Shown here piece by piece: positions 50,372 through 63,978 of a DNA stretch of 64,000 bases. The stretch's first letter is position 1. Every line of letters begins with the position of its first letter. Source of the stretch: Lingula anatina (lineage: Eukaryota > Animalia > Brachiopoda); assembly GCA_051362555.1 (NCBI GenBank), contig CM120646.1, positions 5,146,001-5,210,000 on the forward strand. The letters run 5' to 3'. The notes under the pieces are model-generated. The model was not told where the DNA came from. It made no database searches and was given only the letters and a program-made list of their open reading frames with translations. Made by a program: the position numbers and the translations under genes.

Positions 50372-50604
50372 TTACTCGCGTTTCTTGATATAAAGCTCGT
50401 AGTCGGGAGGGGTCGTGGTGATTCCCGCGCGTTCGGGGAAAGGTCGTGGCAGTTTGGCGCCAATGGGCGCGGAAAACTCGTACTGCTGGATCATCGAGGT
50501 CAGGAAGAGAAAAAATTCAATCCTGGCCAACTGCTCACCAAGGCAGGCACGGGGACCTACAATAAATTGTAGAAAAGTACAATATCGCATAATATATATC
50601 GCAT

Positions 50605-50645
<41 letters not shown>

Positions 50646-53600
50646 GAGGAACACGCATCGAGAGCCTTATATTCAAAACCAATGACTTATACACTTCGAG
50701 TCCATCGAACAAGAGGTCACACATACCTAGAGAGAAGGGAAGGAATGCTTTACTGGGCTTGTAGAACTCGCCTGCCTTGTTGATCCACCTCTCGGGGCGA
50801 AACTCCTCGGGTTGGGGCCACTCCTTGGGGTCCATGTGAACCGAGTAGATGTTTGCCGTACAGACAGTGCGTTTTGGTATGACGTACCCACACAACTCCA
50901 CCTTATCTGTGGTCACATGGGGGACGGTTGTCGACGCTGGAAAAGAGGACGGAGAAGTTCTGGTCGTCACTGCGCAAATAAATGAGCTGAAGTATCGCAC
51001 CCCCGCCCCGGCCTTATCCTGCTCCCACTCCAGGAGTACTTACAATTTGCAGTTTGTCCCCAGGAAAGGAAACCAAGGTCTATATTTAATATAATCATCG
51101 AAATAATCATGATTTAAATTTCATGATCCATATCATCCAGTCCGGTGTTAAAGATTTTTTGGTTTGAAGTTTGCGTTACGTTAAAAACAGTGTACAAGTT
51201 CTTGTGAAAGGTTAGGTAAAGTACATGTAGTCGGCTAAAATCCTGTAGTCGTTTTGTGAAACAGGCCCAGATGCTGTTCTTAAGATAAAAAGAATGAGCC
51301 ATTTACCTACCAACATTAACAACCCTCATCATTTCAGAGATGAACGCCTGCACATAGGGCAGGTGCGGCTTGTCTTGGAGAGAAGGGCGGCGGCCATTGC
51401 CGATCACCTGAAACGATGGTTTGCCATTGTAAAACGGACAGGCTCTTCAATCTTGATTTAATAAAATTGTTGGCGTATTAGTGTACTGGCTATATCACTT
51501 AATTTTTTTTTTTAATATTCGAAACGGCCACCTTTTTGTTTTGTTCTTTCATAAATACATTCTGATGTGTATGTGTTTTCGTTTACACATAAAACAATGG
51601 GCCATGTTCTCTTTCACCTGCATTATTTCCTTGTGTAATTCCCTCTGGATTTCTGGGTAGCATACCAAAAAGAGGATGGCCCAAGTAGTGGAGAGAGAAG
51701 TAGTTTCTGTCCCCGCAGAAAACAGATCCACTATGGCTCGAACCATGCTCTCATCTGGAGAAATATAATAAAAGTACTATAATAAAGGTGTTATAACGAC
51801 TCGCCAAAGAAGCAATTAAGCCATTCCCTGAGTGACAGGCACTATAAAGCTAGCTTGCTCACTATAACATTTCATGTGTTGGTTTTACAGTATGCCAGTG
51901 GTGACTGAGTTGATGTTGCTGATGTGGGTTATATATGAAATCAATAACGAAATCTAGAACCGGGGGGGGGGGCGTCTCGATACTCCGAAGGTTCATTGGT
52001 TCGAAGTTTCATTGGTCCGAAAAGTGGTAACATTTTCATCGATTTTTTAATCAAGGGTTCATTGGTCCGAAGGTTCTATAGTGAATATTCGGACCAATGA
52101 ACCTTCGGACTATTGAACCTTCGGACTATTGCTACGGCACAATAGAAGAAATACTGGTAATTTCACGTTGGATACAAGAGGAGGCGTGTTTATCTGTTCA
52201 ACTGATTACATTCATCGAGAGTCCCGACGGATTTGGATCGATCTACGTAGAACGATATTTTCATTGGGAATGAACCAAAGGCTGGGCCATGCATACTTAC
52301 CTGCTGACCAAGGGGTGAATATTGTCACCCGATATTAATTTGAGTGGTATTTTTCTGACTTAATCTTTTTTTCTTTCTGACACATTAGTAAATTTAGTAA
52401 TCATGAATGTCCAATGAAAAATGTTCGTCTCATTCATCCCCCCTCCCGCACATTACTTACTAGAAAATGCTTTAGTTTGCCTCTTTTCGTTATCAGATAC
52501 TTGCAGGTACAGATCTACGATGTCCCGGATGTTGTCAGGGTCAAAGGTCTCCTTGTGCTTCTCCACCTGCTCTCTGACAAAATCTCTAATGTCGTTTTGG
52601 ATGCGTATCATGTCTTCTCCCTGGTGAAAGAAATGACGCGTACATTAGTGGCCCTAGGAGTCTCCAAAGTAGTTAAAGGGATAATAACTCTTCGTTTCGG
52701 CCCAAAAATGAATTTTCCTGGAGTAAACATCAATTTTCCAATACTTACCAATGGTTAATGAATCCATTTTTACATTCAAAGTTAGTCCCTGGTTTATTTC
52801 TAAAAAGTTTGGTTTTTTAGTTAAAATCTCTTAAGAGATTTTAACAGAGTATAGCCACCAATGGAGGTCACGTGGTCTAAAGAGAAGCTCAGATATAAGA
52901 ATAATAGCTATAATTGCCATTTTTGTAGTAAAACAGAATATATTATATTTCTATGAGTTATTCACAATGTTTTTATTGTGAAATTTAGATCTCATACGAA
53001 GAGTTATTATCTCTTTAAGCTTTGGAGGTCCCAAAATTATACCATTTTTGAAGAACTCAGTACCCCAGACAAATACCGGTAGATGTAATGTATGGGCGCG
53101 TTCCCAATGAACTAACGTTGTGAGTAGATCGATCCAACTTCACGTTGACTCTCGTTGAATGCAACAGGTCAAGAAGTTATAAAGAGATTTATAACTTCTT
53201 GTACAGGTTAAGTAAATGAGGGAATTAACTGTCGTGTGCGTTTGGTCGCACACAAAACGAAGATTAAAAGCCACACGACAGTTAATCGCTCGCATTCGCA
53301 TATTAGCATCGATATACGTAGAAAGATAGTTTCATTGGGAACGCGCCCTAATTCACCAAGTCTGTTTAATGCACGTATTAAAAATAAGCCCCATCCTTAA
53401 ATGGACCAAAAAAGATACTGGGTCCATGTACAAGTTTATTTCTAAAGGCACACCATGTCATCAAGTATTTTACTATGGCACAACCTCTTTTAAAATTTAT
53501 ATACGTACACGTATCGTGCGGAACATGTGTTCATTACAAAGACTTAAAAGTTTAGGCTACCTGTGATGATGGCAGTATGAATCTCAAAATTGGAAAAGCG

Positions 53601-56434
53601 TTTTCTGGAAGCGCGAGAGCATTGGTCCGAAAGAACCTCGCCAGTGAGTCCAACAGTTTTACAAACTGCTTATCTGTGTACTGGAATCTGGAAAACAACG
53701 CATGAACTCATGACTGGAATATGCTACGGAATTCAGCCTAGTAACAAGTTCTAGTACGTGTAGGATGCTGTTGAAGTATTCAACCAAGAAACCAAGAACC
53801 CAGGCGTACAGGAGCATTAGGGTTCATCATTTCGTGCTCACATGTAAAGACAACTAACAGACAAAGGACTACGCGTATCCTCCCCCCCCCCCCAACCACT
53901 ACCTGTCCCCTTGAAATCATCCGTGTCCTCTACAGCTCGTATGTGCCCCTTTTAGATCCATTATGCCCCTCAGTGCTCCCCTATGCCCCATATAACTTCC
54001 CTATTACCCATATGCTCCCCTATGTCCCATATAACTTCCCTATTACCCATATGCTCCCCTATGTCCCATATAACTTCCCTATTCCCCATATGCTCCCCTA
54101 TGTCCCATATAACTTCCCTATTCCCCATATGCTCCCCTGTGCCCCATATAACTTCCCTATTACCCATATGCTCCCGTATGTCCCATATAACTTCCCTATT
54201 ACCCATATGCTCCCGTATGTCCCATATAACTTCCCTATTACCCATATGCTCCCGTATGTCCCATATAACTTCCCTATTACCCATATGCTCCCCTATGTCC
54301 CATAACTTCCCTATTAGCCTTATGCTCCCCTATGCCCCATATAACTCCCCTATTCCTCTATTGCTAGCTAGTTCCTCTAGCTGTCCCCAATGGCTATACC
54401 CTGCCCCTTATACCAGTAGCTCCCATCTACACCTTAACCCCCCCCCCCCCACATAGTTCCCTTAAGATGTAGTCCTTACGTACCCCGTCCATATAGTCCC
54501 TTGCCCCCTTTAGCTCCCTTTCTCCCTAACCCCCCTCCCCCCTCAAAGCTCCACTTTACCGCTTGGAAAATGTAAACATTAAGTATTTGCTTGTAGTATT
54601 AGGTTGTGTTGGAATGCAACACACGCACACACAAACACATACATACATTAGATATATCTACTTTTCCAGTATATTCCACATATCCGAAACACAACATATT
54701 ATGAGTGACTTTAGATTTTTTTAAAAGAATTATGAATCATAAAACACTTAGGACTAGTCCATATCCTCTTCTATGCATACAAAGTTGCCCTTTTGTAAAC
54801 ACTGGTCTACCCAGTGTGTTTATATTTAGTTATTACTTTATTAACTTGGGGGCAGAGGTAAAATATCGTATGCACCGCATCGCTTGATCAGTTCGCTCTA
54901 ACATTTTTCGACAACCGATAGGGTGCAAAAGCTTGTTCGATCCGCTTTCACGAGCCAAATGCACTTAATAAGTTGGTTTTAAGAGTACATGGTTTTTGAA
55001 GAGGCCAAACGCGTTTTAACCTACAAACATGAAGCATAACCTTCCAAACCTTTAAAAGAACCGCCACCAAACGAATAACCTTTTTATCATCTATACACAA
55101 GTGACATAGAAACCTGACGAAAAATGTCTTAAATTAAAATTTTAATACTGTTATAGTCTAAAGTTTTGCCACACCTATAGTAAAAAGTACGATTGAGTAT
55201 CGTATGTGAAATCGAACTTTGAGTGTATGACCTCACAATGTTTCAGCGTATAAAAATGAACATATAAAACAGCCTATGAAGTTGTTTTTAAACATGTTCA
55301 AAACAATTAATCTCACTTCGAGTGTACGAACGTACACCAACGTACCTGTATGCCTGCATACTCGAGACGTATACGGGACAAGTCTAACGAACCCCTTGCG
55401 TTTGTCTGGGTATGGACAATTTTTCTCAAGCGTTAGTACTACATTTGTAGAAACGCTAGGTGTAACAGGGCCTCAGGTGTGACAGTAAGCCTACCTCTAG
55501 CTGGGGCCTCGGATGTCAACGCATGACCTACCTGTCTCCGAACGTAATAGAGCAGATAATGTTGGACACTGCGGACATTAACGTTCTTTTCAAATTAACA
55601 CTCTGAATGGGTTGTGCTTTCGGCAGGGAGTCAAGTACTTCAAAGATGGCCTGGCACTCGTCCAGTATGCGTTCTTCCAGTGTTTTCTTTCCCACTCCGA
55701 AATCGCGAAGGGCTACGGCTATCATTTTACGCAGGTCGTACCAAGAGGGGCCTTCGTTCAAAATTAATCCTTAAAAAGAAGTTATATGTGACGATATATA
55801 TATGTACATTGTAGTTATATGCGGTAAAAGTCATACAGGGCCGCAGCCAGGGGTTGAAGAACTTGTGGTTATAATATAGAACTGGTTGTATTTTCTTTTA
55901 TATTTATAGGGGTTTGACTTAAATATAAAACCTTGAATATTTGTAATGTGCTAATTCCATCTTTGATTACCTAATAAGATCAATATTGAAATACAGTAGA
56001 CCTAGAACGACACTCATGTTCAATGGTAAATAAAAAAAGTCTCCCAAGGGACTTCTTCTTAACCATACCAACTAACCTTTCTTTCCTATCGCCTTCTTCA
56101 CGAAATAAATTACATCGTGAGGTCTGCCAATGAATAGCTCGGCCTTCTCGGAGAACGCCTCGTGAATGGCATCATAGCCGTTTATAATCACCATGTTCAA
56201 TATCCCCAGCCGGAGTGAGAATACTGGCCCGTACTTCTGGGATATCCTCATGAATTCTTTGGCCTGCATTTTGGCCCCGGCCACAATGGGGAGGTTCCCT
56301 ATTAGGGGCCATCTCCACGGCCCTGGTGGATATCTGTGGGGCTTTCTCTGAGCAACCAGGAATAGAAAAATGATCAGAAATACTAACACTGTGGGCACGT
56401 CCAGATAGCTCAGCAACAGTTGTGTGATGCTCAT
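50372..56434 (-). CDS. Cytochrome P450, CYP2 clan (microsomal), 8 exons, 503 aa
   Basis: Exons 56077-56434, 55532-55769, 53561-53687, 52461-52620, 51618-51754, 51311-51407, 50727-50936 and 50372-50556 (1512 nt, all GT-AG, phases compatible). Motifs: N-terminal anchor, PPGPWRWPLIGN, WYDLR, LRDFGVGK, AGTETT, EMMR (ExxR), FRPERW and the haem motif FSLGPRACLG. Confidence 0.95.
51972..52140. repeat. Small element with direct and inverted ~15-bp repeats (ggttcattggtccgaa) in CYP intron 4
   Basis: Several forward copies followed by reverse-complement copies; MITE-like. Confidence 0.65.
52677..53014. mobile_element. 338-bp MITE with TTAA flanks (Kolobok-like) in CYP intron 3
   Basis: ttaa|agggataataactcttcgt...acgaagagttattatctct|ttaa. 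Confidence 0.8.
53094..53348. mobile_element. 255-bp Harbinger/Tourist-like MITE in CYP intron 3
   Basis: Perfect 18-bp TIR gggcgcgttcccaatgaa/ttcattgggaacgcgccc, flanked by TAT and TAA. A related fragment lies at ~52165-52270. Confidence 0.8.
53974..54355. repeat. 39-bp minisatellite (~9-10 units) in CYP intron 2
   Basis: Unit cccatatgctcccctatgt+cccatataacttccctatta; it produces the 13-aa periodic ORFs in the track. Confidence 0.95.
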
Positions 56435-58148
56435 TTTAGGGTGCGTTCCCTGTATCCTACTGGGTAGGGTTCGGTGGGAGCCTAGTCGTAACTTCAGCTA
56501 CAACTTTAGGGCTTTTCACCCTTAGTCCCTGATCACAATCTGAATTTTCGTGCCTATGAGCTTGGTAGCGGACCTCTCCTTCTTTGTGATGAATAGAGTG
56601 ACCCTACACTGCGTCAAGGTTTTACAGTTAGATAACGGTGCGTCCCAAATATTGACCTTATTATTATATAGCGTATTCTGTGTGTGTGTGTTGACTCTTA
56701 CAGTGTACCTAGGATCTAAAATAAGATTCTGATCCCAGAGTGTACGTTGCAAAACATATTGTTTACATGACCTCAGTCTGACGGGTTCAAAATGGAGTAC
56801 TAACGGGGAAGAATTTGCTAGAATTTGTGCATGTGCAATGACTTGTGAAAGTTGAGACGTAGTTTTCAGTTTACTCAAAGGTAAATAAACTGACATGCCG
56901 CACATGTACGTGTCACTTATTCCAGACAGTCCTGTAATAAGGTCGCGCGACAAGGTTATTTTCAGTTGCACCCTGGATTACGCACGCTTGCTCCGCAAGG
57001 TGTCGCCTGTGGCGGGGGGGCAACACAGCCCATATGGTTACTGTGGCGAAGGTGACAGGTACTGCCAAAAAACATTTTTTCATAATTGTCATTTTTCCTC
57101 ATTCTATTCACGAATTTGATATTTACGGCAATGGAAAATGTGGCACCGGCAAAAGTGAATCTACAATGTAGGTGCGTTGACAGGCCACACAGGTGTCCCC
57201 AATTAACCGCCGCCAGAGAAGAGACCCCAAGCATTAAACAACACAACCTGTAGGTATTGGAAATTTGGTTAAAGCTAAGCAACTGAGGCTTTATTAGATT
57301 TGGGCAGAAATCGAGGGGAATGTCCAGTGACATGCCAAACCCCTAAGTTCAAGTCTTGGCCCTGACACCAGTAACGCACCCCTTAATCAAGAATCTGAAC
57401 AAATCAATGTTGGGCAGGTATGCTCTATTTTCTACAGGCGTTTTGTGATTTTATCAACTTGATTGTCAAGTGCCAGACCTTTTGCTCCCAGGTACAAGTA
57501 GCAAACTTTATCAGATAACAATCTGACACTAACCATTCTGCACTAACAGCGCTGTAAACCCAGTTATCAATGGTGTCATCTTTACCTGTATCTTTACCGG
57601 TATTATGCCAGTGGTACGTTTGATACATTTGAGTAAGGAAATATGCTTAAATTCATTTATAATACATAACAGGTTGATACGTTAGCATCAACCTGTTAAT
57701 AAAAACTTGGAAACTTTCAATGTTATTACACAATAACAGTATAATGATGGGAGATGTTATGATTAAATGCTTAGGAGAATAATAAAAACAGATTAGGTGA
57801 AATATAACATGAATTGATTTTATTTGGGTTATTTATTTCAAACCAATTAATTATCAAACATGAAGCTTATTTTTAGAAACATTTGCAGATATATGAAATA
57901 TAACCCTGCTGGTACACAGATCTACAGTTCTAAAATGCAAATACCAAGTACATGTTCCTTTCACACACCACTGATTAGATGTGAATAATCATATGTATAT
58001 AGCAGTAAAAATATCACAAGAAATGTATAAGCAAGATATTTCTACAAGTAACCTCATTAATCAGTCAGGCAACCTCATAATGCACCCAATAAATGTAGAA
58101 ATTTGAGCCAGAGAAATTCTACATACAGGCATGACAGATTTACCATAT

Positions 58149-58313
58149 CAGGGGCGGATTTAGGCCGTCTTCTGGGTCTTCTGTAAGACGGTCAGACTTT
58201 TAAGTTTACATTGACAGGTATCTATTTTTTTCTGTTGGAAGACGGTCAAAATGGAGGATGGTAATAAAGATAATTTGGAAGACTGTCAGAAAATATTTCT
58301 GGATCCGCCCCTG
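58149..58313. mobile_element. 165-bp MITE with CAGGGGCGGAT termini and 5-bp TSD CATAT
   Basis: catat|caggggcggatt...ggatccgcccctg|catat. Confidence 0.8.
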
Positions 58314-59625
58314 CATATATTGCCACCAACCCTAAACTGAATGGGCATAGAAAGAACAAAGTGACTCTCCCTCCCATTAAAAATGAAAAATAAAAATAAA
58401 TAAAAAAAACAGATACTGTCATTCTTAATACTGAAAAACAATGGCACCTTGCAGCCTTTACTGCTTCACTATTTGCAAACAATGTTCTAGTCACTGTAAC
58501 TGTGTACTAATGATGAAGCATAGATGCAAGAATAACTCCTTTGAAGTATATTGTGAAGGTCTCTTTTGTCATAAATCTGCCACGTATAACCTGAATGTAC
58601 ATATTGCAATTCACACCGCAGCAGCTTGTCTCAGTAAGGACTCAACCAGTTGAAAACTTGAGGCACAGCTTCAGGGACAAGATCACACCATCTATCCTTG
58701 CTGTGATGATGAATCTACTAGTACATTATCTATGTCTTGTCCTCCTGGTTTCTCTAATACCATTTCCCCTGATCTATGCTCACATCAATCTCTACAGCTT
58801 TACCAACTGCTACACAGTTTTTACATCTGAAAGTATAAAGCAAAAATTGTAATAAAGCACTATCAATTTACTTGTTAGATATTGATTTGAGGGCAAGAGA
58901 AAAAGGCAGAAACCTCATATCATAATCAAGATAATTGAAAATCAAATAATGCATAATCAAATAGCTTTAATTGTATATACTACTGATGATTTAATCTTTT
59001 AAACTTCAGCATAAATTTCTCTTGTTAAAGCATAGCCACTTTATCAAAATGTGCTTGAACAAATAATAATAATAATAATAATGATAATAATAATAAACAA
59101 CCTGCACACAAGATGGAACATGGAGGTCAACTGCCACAAAATAAGGTGATTTGTACTTGGTAGCCTGAGAAATAGTATCAGGTATTAATTTAAGCAGTAA
59201 ATTGAGTAATAATACCGCAGAGTTAACAATGACACGAGCATACGGTGTTATGTAACAAAATTCATGCATTACTTGCTGTGGCAGTGTCCTCCTCAACCTA
59301 TCGTGCACCGCAGGTTTTGATTTTCAATGTCATCAAAAAATTTTATTGTTGTTAGTTTGATCTATGTATCTGCTATTCAAATAATATCGTTTGGAAAATA
59401 ACTAACTGATTTAATTTTGCTTTTGCAACATGAAATTATCATTAACTTTGCCGGTTCACATGTATACAGTACCTTGCTATCAGTGCTGCTCTTTTCTCCC
59501 CAACTCGCCACTGACAGGCTAACCACATCGTTTCAAAACAACGTTGGTATTCTCCTTTACTTTTGGTGTTGGCAGTTTCATCCCGGGGACATCGTTTTCG
59601 GTTAAAAACAACGTATCGTTTTCAC

Positions 59626-59740
59626 CCATCTATGCATTGCTCCTGTACAAAATGGCCGCTTGTTGCCCCCCCAAGGGAAAAATCGTAGCACGTGGGTAGT
59701 TACGCAAGACCTGTGACGTATAACGCGCGCATCGTTATTG
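59626..59740. promoter_or_regulatory. CpG-rich promoter-like patch
   Basis: YY1-like AAAATGGCCG (59649-59658), CACGTG, TGACGT and CGCGCG motifs in an otherwise AT-rich context. Confidence 0.35.
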
Positions 59741-62157
59741 TTCAAGGCTTATTATGCATATTAGGGCTTAACGATATACACCGTAGTGTACGCGTTTGTA
59801 ATTATCCCGAAAAACATCCTGAAAAGCTACAGGTACTTCATGTGGCCTTTCCTAATTAAGAACTTTAATAATTACAGAATCCCTAAACTAAAAGTACCTG
59901 GTGTCGATAAAGTTCCTTTTGAAATTTACCGGAAGACCCCGCATCCCACAGCAATGGCACGTGACTGATTATAGAGGAAAATTGCTTTCCGCAAAAATAA
60001 AAAAAAAACATTCTTACTGTTGTATGCCGTAAAGGTCACCTGTCATATGTCAAAAAATAATTCAGAGAGGTTCACGTACATGTATTGTAGTACCGTACGG
60101 TACTACCTATGAACGACAGGCTCTGTTTGAGGCTGGACAACCGACAATCGGACACTGGTGAATGTACATGTATATCAAGTAGGGAAAGCCCGATATATAG
60201 CTTCTTTTAATACTACTGTTTGGCATATTGATTATATGCGAATAGGTTAAAAAAAACTAAAATATGTTGTAGGGTTCATATGAAAAGTGCTTTCAAGCAA
60301 AATCTTCTTTCTAAAAAAATATTATTCATGAAATTCTGTACCAGAATAACTTAATTACTCACAATTTCTATACTATACAAATGGAATTTAGTTTTCTACA
60401 GTTGCCCCAGTACTGCTGCATCAAACATCAAAGAATTAAAACCTGTACGACGTTTCGTTTTTCTGCGGGGAATAAAAAAGGAATTAAAACGTGTTTTGGG
60501 TTTTTTTAATCTTTATTTTACTATCAAGCAGGTGACGATAGACAAAAACGTTGAACTACATGTATACACAACACGCGTGTCAATTGACAGCAAAATACTC
60601 AAATCAAAATGTAAGAATTAACAACAAATAGAAAAAAATATAGAAAAAATAAATAGAAATAAATAGAAAAAAGAAACAAATAGAAAAAATATAGTAATGT
60701 GGTGCAAATTTCATTGTTAGTGCCGGTGTCTCTTACTTCAACTTCTAAAAGCTTCGCAATGTATTTAAAGGTGTACATTTCTGCAGAAAATAGTTGTAAA
60801 TAATTCAACGGGAATTGACAATGTGGCTGAAGCTGGTCCTGTTTGTTCTCTAAAGTCAGGTTACGTTAAATCAGCCACCGTCGAAAAACAGTAGCGAATT
60901 TGTCTTCCTCTCCCGTCTGCGGAGGAATTGAAAATACCAAAAACCGACATTGTGCAAAGTAAAGCAAAGTAACACTTCAATGATACATTAAAAATGGCAA
61001 ATGGCACATTTCTCATGGAATGGACGTCTTAAGAAAAAATTAAGTTTGTAAAATACAAACGATCACAGACTATAAATAAAGACGGACAAAATCTTTTTGG
61101 CAAAATAGGTGTACGTGTTAAGTACAGACTAAGCCGTGCAAGAAAAACTTACTGTTGCAGTGGCAAAACACGCATCAAGGGGTACATAATAGCCGCATTC
61201 AACAATGTATAACTCAATCAAAAGTCAATAGCCATCTTGGTAGTAGTGAGCATATGTCAAATCATGGTGTAAAAATTAAATATAAACAAAACCCTCGTGT
61301 GATTATAAATTACTAATAAGTGGATAAAAGTACATGTTTTAATCAAAAACAAAAATTGTGCTATGGTATATTCACATTACAGAGATCTTAAAACGCAACA
61401 GAAGTGTATGAAAATATGTTTGGACGGTAGTCAAGAGAAAAAAATTGTTATGGCATATTTAATTGGCAAAAAACGGGGACGGATTCTTTCTAAGACACCT
61501 GTGCCATGGCATATTTGAGTTGGTGAAAACTTTGAGATACACAAAAATATCACAATACATTCAAAACTGCTTTCAAAAATCAATGAAACAGGAGAGCAAG
61601 CTGGCGGTTCTTCTACGTGCAAAAAATCATTTTAAATTCGATTAAAAGTGAGTGGACAAAAGTGGAGCAAGTAAAGAATGCTGCATTGTACCAAACAGAA
61701 TCTATGGAAGGGCCATTTCCTGTTATTCTAGACACCAGACTAGAAGACTGTGGACGGAAAAACAGCAATACATACAGTACCAATATCACAGTGTAGCAAA
61801 AAGGATCGTTACTTTGTGAATCAAAAATCTTGGTTAAATATATCAAATCATATCATATCATATCACAGAAAAATCACGGATCAGTACTTAATTTACAAAT
61901 GCCATCTCATAATTCAAAAGACTGATTTGAGACCAAATTGTGTAATAAATCAGTTCAGGAGATATTGTCCCTTCAAGATTTCATATGACAATTCTTAGCA
62001 AATTTCATCATCACCAGGATCAAATTAGAACATAACTCCCTATTACAAAACAGCGTTTCTATAGGACAACATGTCAATCAATTAATTGAAAAATACCGAA
62101 TACAACAGTCTTTATCAAAGAAATCATAGTTCCAATGCTTCAAAAAGGGGATGGCAA

Positions 62158-63978
62158 TCAATAAGTTTCATCTGGTTCATTGGGCATGGTAATGCTGGCA
62201 GGCGTGGACGACCTGGTGCTGTCAGAAGCATTGGGACCAGCGCTGCCACTGATGCTGCTGCCACGGCTCTGTCTTCCGCTGGAAGGTACCATAAGGTTGG
62301 CGGCGCTGGAATCCCTGCTGATGTTGGTGATGTCATCCTTGATCTCCAGTGACAGCGGAGTGTGGACGACGCGAGTGACCACAAGACTGTCCTTGCGTTC
62401 AATGTCGCCGTTGTACGGTTTCTTGTCTTTGCCTTTGTCCCATTGCGTAGCCATTGGAGGAACCCCAGTGATCAAAGTTTGGTTGTACTTCTGGAAGTCC
62501 GGATTTGAATGATGCACACGCATTTTTTCTGAAAAAAACAATACAGTTTAATTAGTCAAACCGAAAATACAACATTTAACCAAAGGTGATAAAAGAAAGC
62601 ATACAGTCTAAGCAAATCTAAATTTAATGCCTTCGGCTTTGGCATTAGTGTCGAACATTTATAATTTTAATAATTTTAATTTTAATTTTAAAAACCACGA
62701 AGAAAACATATCCTTGCTTTTGAGTGGGTGGAGTTGGCTGGAGGGTAACGTTGAGGGGATGTACCAAAATTAAACTCGGCCAAGGTAGAGCACATATCAT
62801 AAACAATAACCATCTAACCTGGTGTGTCCGGATATGGTAGTCCATTAGGAAAAAATAGTCTGCACTCCATTAATTTGTACAGGTCACAATCATCCCATAT
62901 ACATATGTACTAACCCCAGTACTCTGACTAACCCTAACCTGTACTAATCATATCGGTATATGGTACCCCAGACTTCGATTCCTAGGATTATTATTCTTGT
63001 TACCCCAGTGTACCACGAAAATCTGACCCCCCTGAAAGGTGACTTCCCGGTTCCCAGATTCCCCAGTAAAAATTTAATGATGAAATTTTGACTCCCCCAA
63101 CAAAACTTCTTAAATTTAATTTTATTTGAGTATATGACTTTTATCTTGTAATATACATAATGGAGGATACATTGGCAATTTTTGTTAGGTTGCAGGTGAA
63201 ATTTTTCATGAGAAAATATAAAAAATTTATGACTCCCCTATGAAAAAGCTATTTGTTTGATATTTGGGTAAGGGTTAGGTTTAGGGTTTGGGTTAGGGTT
63301 AGTGTTAGGAGTCAAGATTTCATGGAGGGGGAGTCAGATTTTCATTAAGAAATTCTGACTCCGGGAATCTGATTTTCTTCATGTTACACCCGCAAATTAT
63401 ACCTTTGTGGTACTTGAACTTCCATGTGAGCAGTCCGACCAGCAGAATGGCCAGAAGAACCGGAATGACCACAATGAGCACAATGGCCCAAACTGGAAGG
63501 GGTCTACCTGTAGCAGTTTCCTGGAACAAATGCACAGGTATAATATTTTTCAATGAATACTAGTATGGAATTCAAAAGTTCTACAACAGTTTTAGATTTT
63601 AGTCTGAAGTTTTAACTGAGAATACGATGATATTAAGTCTACTCAGGCTGGCATATAATTATTAAGCATCTTTAAAAATGCAATTATAGGTTTACCTATT
63701 AATAGTTTTAATCTATTAATCATCATTATTTCAAAGCATACAAATCGTAGGGGTCTACATACATGTACTGGTATATACTAGTATTTCACTTACCACTGAA
63801 GGTGGACCATCCAATCCATAGTATCTGACAGAGTCCACGTACATCACATCAGAACTGGTCATACTCTCACTGCCCAAGGTCAAGGTCAGTCCATTCTTCA
63901 GACTGTCCCACAGGCTGACCAGGGTGGAGTCGACATCAGCTGCCCCACCGGTCATCACAAAACTGGTGATAATGCTTC
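62158..63978 (-). CDS. Last three coding exons of a type I single-pass membrane protein (SEA-like juxtamembrane region, TM, Ser-rich tail); 5' part lies beyond the window
   Basis: Exons 63794-63978 (GSIITSFVMTGG...LWDSLKNGLTLTLG), 63403-63520 (TM LPVWAIVLIVVIPVLLAILLVGLLTWKFK) and 62158-62528 (cytoplasmic tail ending NEPDETY*). Introns are GT-AG with compatible phases 0 and 1. Confidence 0.85.
63268..63310. repeat. Degenerate (TTAGGG)n-like tract within an intronic element carrying tgactcccc repeats
   Basis: agggttaggtttagggtttgggttagggttagtgttagg; the surrounding region 63015-63370 has direct and inverted tgactcccc motifs. Confidence 0.7.

Noticed and set aside
50164-51094. Overlapping alternative-frame and + strand ORFs
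   Set aside because: They are shadows of CYP exons 7-8.
53943-54456. ORFs with 13-aa repeats (MLPYVPYNFPITH and others) as a repetitive protein or CRISPR-like array
   Set aside because: This is a head-to-tail 39-bp minisatellite with no unique spacers, inside a CYP intron.
56522-57333. 149-aa and 123-aa minus-strand ORFs upstream of the CYP
   Set aside because: They have no motifs or convincing splice signals; the CYP already starts with a proper ATG and membrane anchor at 56434.
63268-63310. Telomere or chromosome fusion site
   Set aside because: The tract is short, degenerate, intronic and embedded in a repeat element.
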